Origin: Fistulifera solaris
Lineage: Eukaryota
Direction: 5' to 3'
DNA: 64,000 nucleotides
NCBI GenBank assembly: GCA_030295235.1
Contig: AP026173.1
Span: 186,001-250,000 of the forward strand
Shown in pieces: positions 36,645-49,764 of the stretch (position 1 is the first letter of the stretch; each line of letters opens with the position of its first letter). Position numbers and translations under genes: made by a program. Under the pieces are notes generated by a model. It did not search any database. It saw only the letters and a list, made by a program, of their open reading frames with translations, and was not told the origin of the DNA.

Positions 36645-37731
36645 AATGAAATGCAAGGTGAAAGTTGGTAGAAGCTTAGATTTGTGTCTAGTGAGAAACA
36701 AAACCAATCTTGGATTAGACCAAAAGAGAGATGTTCTCTCTCGTTCTTTCCCTTGCTAAGCTCGATGGATTCGTCGAAATGTGCGAGTAAGAAGGTGAGC
36801 AAGGAGCATGAAGTGAAATGCGAATGAGAAGCTTCTTTCCTGATTTTTTGAAACGTCAGCTCCAATTTCACGAAACCGAATAGGGGCGTATTGAAAGAAG
36901 ATGAAGACGTGTTCCACGTTCTACCGATAAAAGTTCTTCAGCCTTTTTTACGAGAAATGACTAGCTTTTTCTTGTTCTGCGTTTTCCGTAAAAAGTCAAA
37001 TTTCTGTTTTTGTATTAGTTACTACTTTTAGGCTACTTCAAGCTTCAAGCTGCACAAGAAGGCGTAGAATGAAAATTTGACTAATGTAAAGAGTAGAGAA
37101 TAGGGAATGTAAATGTAGAAAGTAGAAAGCCGAAAGCAGAAAGCAACCGGAACCCGAAATCGGAACTTAGGAACACAAAAGTCTTGTTGTTTGTTCGCGC
37201 CCTGCGCCTTGCGCCCCATCTACTTTTCGTTTGGTACTCCTTAACTGTATCTTGAACTTCAAAGTAGATACTCAATAGTGATTAGCGCAATAACAATATT
37301 AAGTAATAAGCAACGGCTCGTGACTTTGTGACACGTTGTTGGTTTCTACTTTCTACGTGGTCGTCGTTCTCGTTGAAGCGTCGATAGTCGATACTGGTAC
37401 CTGGTAGCGCGAGAGAAAACGTCGAAAAAATGGTTGAAGCTTTCAAGGTCGCTTTGCAGTTCGCCAGGCACTTTAGGCTTTAGCGTTAAATCAGCGAACG
37501 AACGAACGATCGATCACTGCCGAAACCAATCGAGACGAACTACCGTACGGGAGCATAAGCGTACAAGCTTTTAACCAGCTAATTTGTTCTAAAAGAAGCA
37601 CGAAAGCTAGAATAATCAATAATCTGTCAAATGGAGCTACAGGTACTCCACAGAGCAGCATGTAAACTAGAGAAATAATAGTATAACAAATCACCGGGTC
37701 TCAAACTAATGATTCATTATTCCACACTATT

Positions 37732-39007
37732 TCATTGAGACGCCGGCGTCGGCGGTCGACGTAGCGCTGTGACTGCTATCGATATGTCATCGCGATAGCG
37801 CCCTGCTTGGCTTGCTGCCAGGCTTGAGCGGCGGCAAATACTAAATGTTCACAAGCGGATATAGGATGCACACCCGTGGCCTCAAAAGAGAGTGAGCCAG
37901 TATTTTGGCGATATCTCCTTCGTCTAAATAATCCATCATTCCATCTGTAGCACTTATAGCAAAGATGTAAACATCGTCATCTTCTTCGTGCGATCTCACC
38001 GAGCCGTCATTTTCGACTTGATATCCTTCCATTTCCGTTGCCACAATCGTGGGAATATCCAATACATGCACAATCGGATCCGGTATGACCCCCATCTTCC
38101 CCGCCGCCCAATCCCCAATCGAACGACTCATGGCCAGACCCGTCGGCGCCATCGTTTCGGGATCTTGATACACCACCCGACTGGTCCCCCGGATCGGAAT
38201 GTACACTTGCCCTCCCGCCGCTTCGACACGGGCTTTTTCTTCCGGCAAATTGGGTTTGTCTTCCCGGGTCATGTACACAATTTCACACCGCATCGTCGAA
38301 GGACGGTACGCTACGATAAAACTCCGTGAATCGCCCGCATTGGCCACGTAGATTTTGGATCCCTGCCGCAGAACCACCGTGGCAGTGCAACCCCCGATGG
38401 ATCGGCGGGGACGCGTTGATCCAGTTCAATGAATGTTTCGGACAACATGTTGGCCGTCTGTTTCATAATATCCTCAGGGGAGGAACAGTGTTCCAGTGCG
38501 TTCCGCAATTTGGCCGCGAGTAAGGGCGGCAGCTCGGTCGCGGCAAATTCCGACACTTGTTCTCCCCGCGGCGCATGACCATCAAAGACTCCCATCAGTA
38601 TTCGTTCTTGTTGAATGGCTGCATTCGATGATGATGATGATTCTGTCGTGATATAATACGGAGACACAATGACGGCCCGATCTTGATTGATTTGATCGGT
38701 GAGTTGACCTCCTTTGTACCCAATCAAGGTCAAAGTCACGGCATCCGTCGCGATGGATTCTTGCAAAACACCCACCGAATGTCGATCCGCATGAATTCGT
38801 TTTGTATCACGAATTTTTGGAAAGCTACTTTGACGGCATCGTAATTGTAATGCACATCGTGCGGCTTTTGGGGCAACCATAGTACGGACAGCGCGGATCG
38901 CGTTTGTGCGGAGAAGCTTCCATCGCGGCGGTCGATGACGACGACATGGGCCGCGAACTCCATGCGGCCGCCGTTGTGAGTACAATGAGAGGTGATAGAA
39001 GATGCAT
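37732..39007 (-). CDS. PP2C (PPM) protein phosphatase with N-terminal signal/plastid-type leader (indel-split)
   Basis: QINQDR, MGVFDGH, YVANAGDSR, GLAMSRSIGD, SATDGMMD and YRDDISI motifs. Leader MHLLSPLIVLTTAAA|W. Confidence 0.88.
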
Positions 39008-39528
39008 ATTGTTGGTATTGCTAGTGTTGTGACTCTGTTGGTGCGGAGAATTCGCGATTCGCACGGCAAAGGCCGATCGGACCGAGCGTCGAGAATGATT
39101 ATATGGAAAATGTGATACTGCGGAGCGACACTGTCGTAACATTGCGACAAAACTCGCTTTTTTTCCTGGACGAGAAGCAACAGCTGGAGCAGTAATGGAA
39201 AAAGTGGCTCTCCGTCTTATTTGCAGGACGCCGTCATGGTCGAAACGAAAAAAAAAACAGCCGTTCCAAGCCACCGAAAAAAAAAGCGAAGTTGCTGACA
39301 CGTCGACACGTCACCCTTTCTTCTTTATGGCTTATACTCACGAGCAGTGACTCTGCAAATGGAGTAGATGTCACTCTCTCTGTGACATTCGTCCAGTCAA
39401 ATATTATTGTCGCCAAACGTGGTTTGCTTCAGTCACGAGTTGCCTCATTCTTGTTGATGGTTGATGTCTGATGTCTGATGTCGTTTCATCTGAATCCACA
39501 AAATTATTCACAATAGTAGACTACAATC

Positions 39529-40699
39529 ATGTCCCCTTCTACTTTCTTGGCGTTCTTCTTTCTCCTCGTCGGTGTATCAAGTCGCAACGACGACTCGTAT
39601 TTACTGCTTCCCCGCGATTTGGCGTTTGATTCAACGACACGTCTCGCGCTCCAAAGTCTCCGCCAGTCGCCCGACACGCCCTTTCTCTACTTGCAATCGT
39701 TATTTCCGCATCATTCTTTGGGGGAGCCATACTGGAATCATACCGATTACGGAACATTGGCATTGGTGGGAAGTAAGGGAGGACATGTGTTGGAACAAAT
39801 CAATCAAGATCGGTCCTTTGTTTGGCTTTCTTCCAAAGGAGTATTGTCGGGTGTCATGGATGGACACGGAACGGCCGGTCATTTTGTGGCGGAATACGCG
39901 CGACACGATTTGTTGCAACGCTTCCTGAATGCTACTTCAAACGATATCGAAGCGTGGTTGCACGAGGCGTTTCTACAAACCGATCATGCGATACCGGATG
40001 ATTTGGCACAGCAAGGTGGATGTACCTGTTCTTTGGTCTACCAAAACGGTGAACGAATCTATTTTGCCAATACCGGTGACTCGCAATCCTTTTGGCGGCC
40101 GCCTTGTCGACGGGAATTGACGAAATGCAGGTGCAAATCATGTACGAAACGCGTTTGGACAAACCCGGTCATCCCGACGAGGCGCGGCGGTTGCAACACG
40201 CTGGGGCCCAGGTCACGCCAGAAACCGCAGAGGATGATGCTCGTGTGTGGGCGACCGATCCGACCACGGGACACACCAGTGGTTTGGCCATGAGTCGCGT
40301 CCTGGGCGATCGACAGCATACGGCCGTGATTGCGGATCCTATCATCCAAGTCATTGATTTGAAGGCAATGAAAGAAAAGGTGTTACAAGAATACGATGCT
40401 TATCGTACACAACAATGCCAACAAGTAACGATCCACGCAGATGGTTCCATTGAACCTTGTCCTCTGGCGGAGACACCGGAGGCGGTGCACTTTTTGTGGT
40501 TTCGGCCACCGATGGTGTCATGGATTTTTTGAAACCTATCGAAATAGCACAAACTATGGCTGGTTATTTGTATGGAAACCAAGGGCATCCTTATTTGGGA
40601 ATGGAAGATCTTTTGTGGCAATCGACACAACTGTGGCAACAACACGGACAGTACCGCGATGACATGGCCATTGCGTATGCGAAAACAGTGCAAGTATAG
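39529..40699 (+). CDS. PP2C (PPM) protein phosphatase with signal peptide (indel-split)
   Basis: QINQDR, GVMDGHG, GGCTCS, FANTGDS, GLAMSRVLGD, SATDGVMD and YRDDMAI motifs. Leader MSPSTFLAFFFLLVGVSS. Confidence 0.88.
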
Positions 40700-41294
40700 T
40701 TAATATTTTTTTGTGAAGTCGATGGATGCTTTCCGTTCTAACTACAAAACTAAAGCTGGTATGCATCGATATTGTTAATAAATTTATTGTAACCTTAGGA
40801 ATGAATGGCGCCACTTTTCTCCTAAACTTGAAATGACTATCGCGCGATTAGTATGTGACCTTTTCGCGCGACTCAACTCATTTTCAGTCCCGGTTAACGT
40901 TGAGACAATCATTCACTTCAACGTAAGCGATGAGAATCCATTTCAACCCATGGATGCCCGAGCTCTCCCATTATGGTAGGTGGCGTTGATAGGTTTGTGT
41001 TATAGATGATTTGAGAGGATTGGTTTGCTTCATTGGCAGACGAGAATACGAATATTTACAGTGTTACAAATAGTAGGCGAAGCTCGACCCCGAGACGACT
41101 CCTCCTCAACTGACTTTCAGTCCCATAGCCATTCTTGTGCGTTGTTTTACTACGTTGCTCATCGTCCGTAATATTATACACACGGCACACCGCGTGGAGC
41201 TTCGCAATTGTTGCATGTCAAGAAGCCGTATTCTCATTCATTTCTTAGTGCACTTTCTTTTCTTATACTGTTTAAAGAACAAACTTATATTACA

Positions 41295-42042
41295 ATGGGC
41301 GGAGACGGTGGAGTGATTGCCTCCAATCGACGGTACATGCGCGGGGCCGGAACCGCCGAACCTGCCAAACACCGCGACGAAGCGCTCGAACGCGACGAAA
41401 TGGCACGAACGATGCAAGTGTGTGCGGCCTCCAGCCAGTTGCTGCAATTTTCGCGACAAACCATTGTGACGTGTCCGTATGGCAATTTGTATCACAAGGA
41501 AGCGGCTTTGGAGGCCTTGTTGCGTCGAAAACAAGACGACGACGCGGTTTTGGGAGATCACATTCGTGGTTTGAAGGATTTGCACGAAGTGCGGTTTCAT
41601 CTCACAACCGATAATATTCCGACATGCCCGATTACGGGACGAGAATTGAATGGGAACATACCCGCTGTAGCGTTGATTCCGGGAAAGCCGGGACTGTGCA
41701 ATGTTGTCAGTGAACGGGGGATGCAAGAAATGGGGGACGATTTTGTCATCGAATACGGACCAGTGGAAGAGAAAATACGATTGGCTCCGTCCTTGGATGT
41801 CCTCGCCGAAATGAAGGCGAAATTAGAAGAGAAAAGGGCCAAGAAGTCCAAGAAAAAGCGGAAAGAACCAAGCCAAGAGCCAGACCGCCCTTCCAAAAAA
41901 AGCAGCCACGAATGTGACGGCTGTGGCTCGTGATAAAGTGACTGATGCTATCCGTGAAAATACTGTTTTCTCGAGTCTCTTTTCTCGTGATGGCGTGTCA
42001 GTCTCAGAGAAAGACAAGAAGGATAATTTGTTTGCCCGATGA
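41295..42042 (+). CDS. RTF2: Replication termination factor 2 (Rtf2)-like RING protein
   Basis: N-terminal MGGDGG, CPYGNLYHKEA, HIRGLKDL and CPITG motifs. Lys-rich tail with FSSLF after one indel. Confidence 0.8.
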
Positions 42043-42441
42043 AGGGAGTTGTTTTTATTCGCGCGATGCGTGGAATCAACCGTATTAAGAGTCCGTTAAG
42101 TTCATTTGTCGAGACAGGTAGTAGGAACTATCCCCATGGTCAATGATGAAGTTTTGGGTTGAGCTAACAATTTTCGAAACTGCCTGGGAGAACTACACTT
42201 ATAATGTTGTGGATGTTCTAGATGTTGTGACATTCACTAAGGTTACAAGTTACGGATGCGTTGCAGATAATGGTGAATGAATTTATTCCCGAGTTGGGTT
42301 TTCGCCGGACGAGATTCGTGCGTGCAGAGTGCAGAACGAGGAAGAATCTTCGAGAGGAAAACGTCTTTGGCACAATCGCACGCCGACATTGCCCCTCGAT
42401 ACATCACTCTTACGTAATTATGGATGAAGAAAACACCAAAA

Positions 42442-44213
42442 ATGAATCTCCTCCGTCGTGTCGTTGCCAAAGATTCTTTTGCGACAGATTCATTGCAACA
42501 TTGTAGGACCGTGCCATCGAACGCAAATTGGTTGCTATTTTGCTTTCTCTCCTTTGACAATATTGATTTTTTTTTGAAACGATGGTCCTTTCAACCAATC
42601 ATCGTCGTGCCGATCGCATTGCGTTTGGTTCCTGCAATCGCCAAGATCGACAGAACAATTTTTGGCCCATTATTGAAGCCAGAAGGCCTGTGGCGTTTAT
42701 CTGGGGCGGAGATGCCATCTATGCCGGTAAGTGAGACGATATTTCATTGTGAGCAATCAGCAAGGATCTGTTATACTGATACATGAACGACTTGCTATAA
42801 ACAGATTACAAAGCACCCACCGATTGGTCGACTTTCCCACCAACTAAAGAACATATATGCGGGACTCCTGCTCGTCTCGAAGAACTGTATCAAAAGCAGC
42901 TATCCAATCCTGGTTATCAGCATCTCATAGAAAGTAACGTGACTATATTTGGAGCATTCGATGATCACGATTACGGATGTGACAATGGTGACGCGACGTA
43001 CGCCTACCGCAGAGAGAGCGCCGTGGCGTTTGTCAACTTTTTGGGGGAGCCCTACGAATCGGCCATGTCCCGTCGCGCCCGGGCGGGAGCTGGCGTGTAT
43101 GGAGTCAAGCTGTTTGATTTTGCGCGACCCGCGGGGAAAACACAAGTCCACGAGATTGAAGCGGGAATTGATCCAGATGTATCGTATTTGGCGGACGAAA
43201 CTTCTTTTCACGCCTATTCGAACCAATCGGTAGCAGTGTTCGTGTTAGACATTCGATCGCACAAAACTCCTTGGAAGACCGGATCCGCTGCGTACCTTCC
43301 TGACTATGAAGGGGACTTTCTGGGTGAACAACAATGGCAATGGCTGGAAGCGGCGCTTCGACGATCACAAGCATCGGTCAACGTGATTCTCAGTGGTGTA
43401 CAAGTCCATTCCAACAAGTTTCCCGACGGAAATATCGCCGAGGCCTGGGGGAAATATCCGAAAGCACAGCAGCGCTTGTTTCATGCTATATTACAGGAGG
43501 GAGTTCAGTCTCCTGTCCTTATCAGTGGCGATGTGCATATGACACAACTTTCCAGAAAGGATTGCGTGCGAAGGGACAGTGTCGATCGTCACATTTCGTT
43601 ACGACCTTTGATTGAAATGACGACGAGTGGGATGACACATTCGTGGGGTACAGTCCCAAGTCGTCCTTTGGATGAACCAGACTACCAGTCGAGTCTGTTT
43701 CTTCGTTACAAAGCCCAAGTAGGCAGTCTTTTGATGCACGCTTTGCACAACCTTTGTTCTTGGAAGGATGTAATGACGTTTCCCAATTCAAAAGGAAAGG
43801 ATGAACTGCAATATAGCTTGGAAAAGAATGTTGGGGAATTGGAGTTTGATTGGAGCGATAGAACAATCATCCTGCGGACACTGGGAGAAGACAATGTTCC
43901 GCTCGTCCAAGCCAAATTTGAAATGGACACATTGTCGGGCCACACATCGACGCGAAATACGTTTTTATCCAAACGAGATTTCATGAAAGAGATAAAAGCC
44001 ATGCACCCATCTGTCAATAGCGATTGGGTCTGCATCAATTACCGAGGCCGCGAGAACAACCTAGCGAATATGGCTGGACATGTCGCGACGGGCGTTGTGT
44101 TGGTGACCCTGACTCCCCTTCCATGCATTGTCCCCTTCTTTTGTATTCTATTTGTGTTGTTCTATCGGGGACCCTCCCGGTATAGAAAGCAATCGAAAGT
44201 ACTGATTCAGTGA
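42442..44213 (+). CDS. PhoD-family alkaline phosphatase/phosphodiesterase with C-terminal membrane anchor; intron ~42727-42804
   Basis: RIAFGSCN, FIWGGDAIYAD, DDHDYG, LGEQQWQWLE, LISGDVH and TTSGMTHSW motifs plus a C-terminal hydrophobic segment. Start is approximate. Confidence 0.85.
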
Positions 44214-44332
44214 TGGCTCTAGTGAAAGAACCATGATCTTTCACGTGGTTGCTAGTTCTAGCAGCCGCATCCCAATTTTTATTATTATTGAAAAGACTGT
44301 ATAACTTCCACTGATTTTATCTCTTCTACCAT

Positions 44333-45437
44333 TTAGAAACCTTGCCAAATCTCATCGTACTCGGGCAACCCCATGGCACGATTCCAGGGACGATTATCTT
44401 CGACCGATTCGTAGACACCTTTCACGACAATGGGGGCCGTCGCGCGTAGTTCCTTGGTTGGATCGGGTGCTGGCACTTGTTGCAGAAGCGTCTGGGCCCA
44501 GGATGCCTCCCAAGGAAAGGGACGCGCGGCGGCTCCCGTGTCGCGGACGCGAATGTGTTTCCAAAACGCCACCATGAGTGTGACGCGACGTCCCACCGCC
44601 GTGCCCTTTCCGGGGACGACACCGTGTAACACCTTTCCATCCATGACCACCAATTGATTCGATTTTGCGGGACACAACCACGCCGTGTCGGCCAACGCGC
44701 GACTCGAAACACGTTGTTGTGTTACCACGGACGGTCCTCCACACGGAGCATCGAGATACAATATACAGGTAACGATGGGGTGCTGGACGACACCACCACA
44801 ACCTTCATTGTCGGTATCAAAATGGAACTGATGTCCACTCGCGTGCGGCCGATTGTGTGCCCACAATTCGACCGCTGTCGCTTGTTGAATCGATGATGAC
44901 TTGAGTCGGGCACTCGTCGACTGCAAGGAACGCAAGAGATTCCCGAGACAGGAGGTGGTGTCGATCGACTCCAGGGGGACGACAAAACTATAGTACGGAC
45001 TGGGTGGTTCGACGCTGTAGCTGTGATGCACCCAGTAGTCTGCCCCGGGATCTAGAAACGCGTCTCGGAGAATGTTCAGTGTCAACGGATCTAAATAATC
45101 GTTGTAAATCTGACAGGGTGGATTCGGGGGGCTTTCGAGCGGCGATGATGTTGGGTAGTCGAGAATGCCGTGCGCCAGACGACACTTGTATCCCAGTACT
45201 TTTAAGATGACATCCGCCTGTTGGGTTCTACCCGATTGAATATACAGCAATGCCAAGCGTTCGCCAGCCGTTATGACAGTATCATTCGAAAGATCCGGCA
45301 CGACGTTGGCTTCCCAAATTCCCTCGATACGAATCTTCCACTTCTTCTAAATTACAGTTTTCGCTCAACCATCTCAAACGAGCCTCACGGCAGACTTCTT
45401 TTTGTTTCGTGAAAGAATTGCTTTCAACCTGTTGCAT
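44333..45437 (-). CDS. 2OG-Fe(II) oxygenase-like hypothetical protein
   Basis: HxD motif (HQFHFDTD), CILYL, distal His (VLHGV) and RRVTLMVAFW. 5' end is uncertain. Confidence 0.65.
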
Positions 45438-45875
45438 GGATTTGTTTCGAACTAGGTAAATAGGAAGGTTCATCCACCGCAAACAAAAAAGAACGGGCGA
45501 ATAATAATGCGATTGTGGCGCGCTCCTCGCGATTCGCGATCTTGGCGATTGGTGACTGAATCCAGTCGTGACGAAATCCGCCTACATTTTTGTGACTATA
45601 GTAGGGAATGACGAAATCGGCTCCTTACTACGTAGATTGAGCGGAACGAAGTTCCTCTTGTACATAAAGGGATAGAGTAAATCACCGCTACGACACTCTG
45701 TGCGCGGTGGAACCCAGCAGATGTTCTCGCCGTCGGCACGAGCTTTTTCTATTTATTTTCGATCAAACACAAATGCCATGATAAAGAGAGTAATGCAATC
45801 CCATTTCTGTGACCTCTTTCATCCCCAAGTACTTTCTTTCTTTGCTTTGATCCCCTTAATACCTGATTCTTCTGT

Positions 45876-48800
45876 ATGGGTCGTTTTCGGCACCCAATTT
45901 CTCTCATGATTCTGACATTTCTCGCACGGAGTCGATCGCTCGTATGGGTTAACGCGTGGAGTGCATCCTTGCGTACAACAAAGAGAGGGCGAGCACTCTT
46001 CGAACCATTTTATTTCGTGAATAATCGATCCGGTCGTAGCTTGTCGGTATCGGCGGTGGATCTTGCCGATGTCGACACTGAAAGCGCAGACGGATCGTTT
46101 GCATCGGATGCCTTTCAAGTTCAGGCGCCCTTTCCACCGGCGGGAGATCAACCAGCAGCGATACAGGCGTTGATTGAGCGGGTGCAGCAAGGTGATCGGT
46201 TTGCCTTATTGCGGGGTTGCACTGGCACAGGAAAGACGTTGGTCATGAGTCACGTGATTGCCGGCACGCAAAAGCCGACCCTCGTCTTGTGTCACAACAA
46301 GACGTTGGCGGCGCAATTGGCGCGGGAATTGCGGGCCTTTCTCGGACCCGTCGTCGAACTGTTTGTCAGTTATTACAATCATTACCGTCCCGAGTTTTAT
46401 CGCGAAACGACGGGAACGTATATGGCGAAAAAATCGTCAGTCAATCCGGATTTGGACGTGTTGCGGCACCGAGCGACGCGTGCCCTCGCGTCGCGAAGAA
46501 ATGTGGTGGTAGTCGCGTCGGTGAGTTGCTTGTTTGGTTTGGGGCTGCCCAAGGAATATTTGGATGCCTGTGTACACTACAAGACCCATGACCCTTTGGA
46601 TTGGGATGAGTTCGTAGAGAAGTTGACTCGATTGCAGTACCGAATGGCGGTAGACGATGACAGTTTTGAAAGAGGGAAATACCAGGTTTTACACGATGAC
46701 AGCTCGGACTCGAAAGTGATAACCTTATGGCCTCCTTACGAAAAATTCCCCATGCAGCTGGTTGTCGCTCCAATGGCGGCGAATTCGACGCAATTTTCGG
46801 TTCGAAGGATTCTACAAGGAAATCAAGACGGATTTCATCCAATCAACGGATGCAAACTTTTCCCCGCTAGTCATCATGTTACACATGATATGGAAGCGGC
46901 GTGTCTCTCCATTGAGGAAGAATTACAGGAAAGGATTAAATACTTCAATGACATGGGGAACAAAGACGCGTGCAATCGCTTGCAAGTTTCTGTATTAAGA
47001 GACTTGGATCAACTTCGTACTTGGCACAGTTGCAAGGGCATTGAGAACTACAGTCGCCATTTAGCGGGTCGACCTGCTGGCTTACCTCCCGACACTTTAT
47101 TGGATTACATGAGACTACTTAATGGGGATGATTGGCTACTCATGATGGATGAAAGCCACGTGACGCTGCCTCAACTGAGCAGTATGTTTCGAGGCGATCA
47201 GTCTCGAAAGCGTCAATTAGTCAAACACGGTTTTCGGTTGCCATCTGCATTGGACAACCGCCCACTCAATGAACACGAATTCTGGGACCGTGCCAGTCAA
47301 ACAATTTTTGTTTCGGCGACTCCGTCACCCCGTGAACTTGCACTAACAAACAGCGACCCCATAGATATGATCATCCGACCCACCCATGTTTGTGACCCGA
47401 AGATCGAGGTTCGGCCGGCTGATGGAAAGCACATCAATGATTTGATCGAGGAGGTAAAAACTCGCGCAAAGAAAAAGCAAGGAAGTCTCGTTATCACCCT
47501 GACTAAGCGAGATGCAGAAGATCTGGCTAGCCATTTGGAAGGATGTGGTGTGAAGAGTGCGTATTTGCATTCCGGTTTGAAAACGCTCGAGCGCTCGAAT
47601 GCTTTGCGAGCTTTGCAACTGCGAGAAATCGACTGTATAGTTGGCATCAACTGTTTGCGTGAGGGACTCGACTTGCCGCAAGTATCTCTAGTGGCGGTTC
47701 TTAATGCCGACTGTGAAGGATTCCTGCGGTCCGAATCGGCATTGCTTCAAGTGGTCGGTCGTGCGGCTCGAAACGTTCATGGAATGGCAATCTTTTATGC
47801 GAACCGAGTGACAGATAGCATGAAACGGTGCATGGATTTGACAGCGCATCGACGACAATTACAGCTTGACTACAATAAGAAGAATGGGTGTTCTACGAGA
47901 TCAACAACAGGATCTTCGGCGCTATCCTTTTTGATTTACTCAAGGAACAGATTGAGTTGGAAAAGGGCTGATGGCAGAAGAGTCCAAAGCAGTCCAACTT
48001 GCTAGTTTTACTTCGGAGCCTTTACAAATTATTTCTGCTCAGAAAGGAAAAAGTCAGATTGTGACTGACCACATACCGAATACACCCGGCGTTTACTTCT
48101 GGAAAGACGACGAAGGATCGATACTGTATATTGGGAAGGGTGTCAATCTTCGTAGTCGTGTTAAATCATATATTTCGCCAAGTGCCAAACACGGCCCTCG
48201 TATCAAGGAAATGGTTCGGCGAGCCAAGTCGGTTGACGTTGTCTTGACAGCCAGCGAACGCGACGCATTACTTCTCGAATCAAATTACATTAAGCATCAC
48301 CAGCCCCCTTTTAATGTTCTTTTGAAAGATGATGAACATTATCCTTACATTTGTGCCAGTGTGGGAGACTCGATTCCGAGTCTCACTGTTGTGCCATACC
48401 GGAAGCCAGAACATGTCAGTGGATCGTCGCGTTACCGATACTTTGGCCCGTATACGAGCTTCCAAGAAATCAATGCCATTCTTGATGACATAGAGCGAAT
48501 GTATGACTTGAGAGTTAAATCATTCATGACTCGCCAAGGATCTTTGTCGAAAGAAGCATACAATGAGCTCTTTGACAAAGCATTAGAGGAGATTTTCGGC
48601 GACTCCAGAGGGCTTTCTCACAATTTGCGCATACGGCGCCGCCAATACGAAGAGGCGGGGCTGCTATTTGATTCAGAGAGTAATGCATGCAGGGATGTTG
48701 TAACCGTCCAGCTTTTACAAGATGATAAAGCCATCGTGAGTGTGATGCAACTTCGAAGTGGGATCATGGCTGGAAGGTATAAATATACCTGTCAAGTCTC

Positions 48801-49697
48801 CGCTGGTCTTGGGGATGAGGATCTAGGATCGGTCCTTCAGACTGTTCTGACCGAAAGACATTATCCGTCAGGAGGCGAACACTCAACAAGCTGGTTTCCC
48901 GACAATGTGTTACTCTCTCTTCCTGCGTTAGACGTAAAAGTTTTGAAAGAGAGTATTCGAGAAAGTCGTTCACGGATCGAACCGAATAGAAAAGGAAGGA
49001 TTCAAGTTAGGACAGCTGCAACACGTGGTGCGCAGAAGGAAATTGATGAAAGAACTTTAGAGTTTGCAACAAAAACATGTTTCAGGACTTACTTACCCAT
49101 GCCAACCAATACAGCATTTCTTTGAATGGAGATTTGGCGTCCACGGAGTTGGCTGATCTATTGGCTTTAGAAAATCCTCCGTCGCGCATCGAGTGCTACG
49201 ATATCAGCCATACGCAGGGAGAGAATGCCGTTGCATCGAGGGTCGTGTTTGAGAATGGCGAGCCGCAGCCTCACTTATACCGACAATTTGTAATCCGATC
49301 TGTCGTTGGTATCGATGATTATGCTAGTATAGAGGAAGTTTTGGAGCGGCGTTTTCGGCGGGCGTTTAAATCCAATACGGATCTGGATGGAGACGACCCA
49401 TGGGCAGTTCCAGATCTAGTAGTGATTGATGGAGGTAAAGGACAGTTAAACGCAGCTGTAAAAGGAATTTCGAAAGCAGCTGAATCACCGGAAGGCCAAT
49501 TCGATATTCGATCACTAGTCGCCGTATGCGCTTTGGCGAAAGACAAGGAGGAAGTTTTTGTGCCTGGTCGAGGTGATCCAGTTAATGATCACCCCGACTC
49601 GCGCGCTTTGCTTTTGTTGAGAGCCCTCCGTGACGAAAGCCATCGTTTTGCATTGAAGGCACATCGAAAGAGGCGGTCGGTTTTGAAACATGTATAG
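45876..49697 (+). CDS. Apparent UvrB-UvrC fusion protein (bacterial-type excinuclease) with N-terminal targeting leader; indel-split near 47930-47970 and ~49075
   Basis: UvrB: PAGDQPAAI, GCTGTGKT, HNKTLAAQL, FVSYY, GIENYSRHL, DESHVT, GFRLPSALDNRPL, VSATP, LREGLDLP, GRAARN. UvrC: GVYFW...LYIGKGVNLRSRV (GIY-YIG), ALLLESNYIK, RIECYDISH, DDYA, PDLVVIDGGKGQL, LRDESHRFA. Confidence 0.88.
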
Positions 49698-49764
49698 TAC
49701 AAGTCCCAAACAACTTATAGAACCTAGACTTCCCCTTTGTTGGAAATTTTCGATTATTTTATGA

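Noticed and set aside
45876..49697. uvrB/uvrC as bacterial contamination
   Set aside because: Embedded among intron-containing eukaryotic genes with similar composition, carries a eukaryotic-type leader, and has no operon context.
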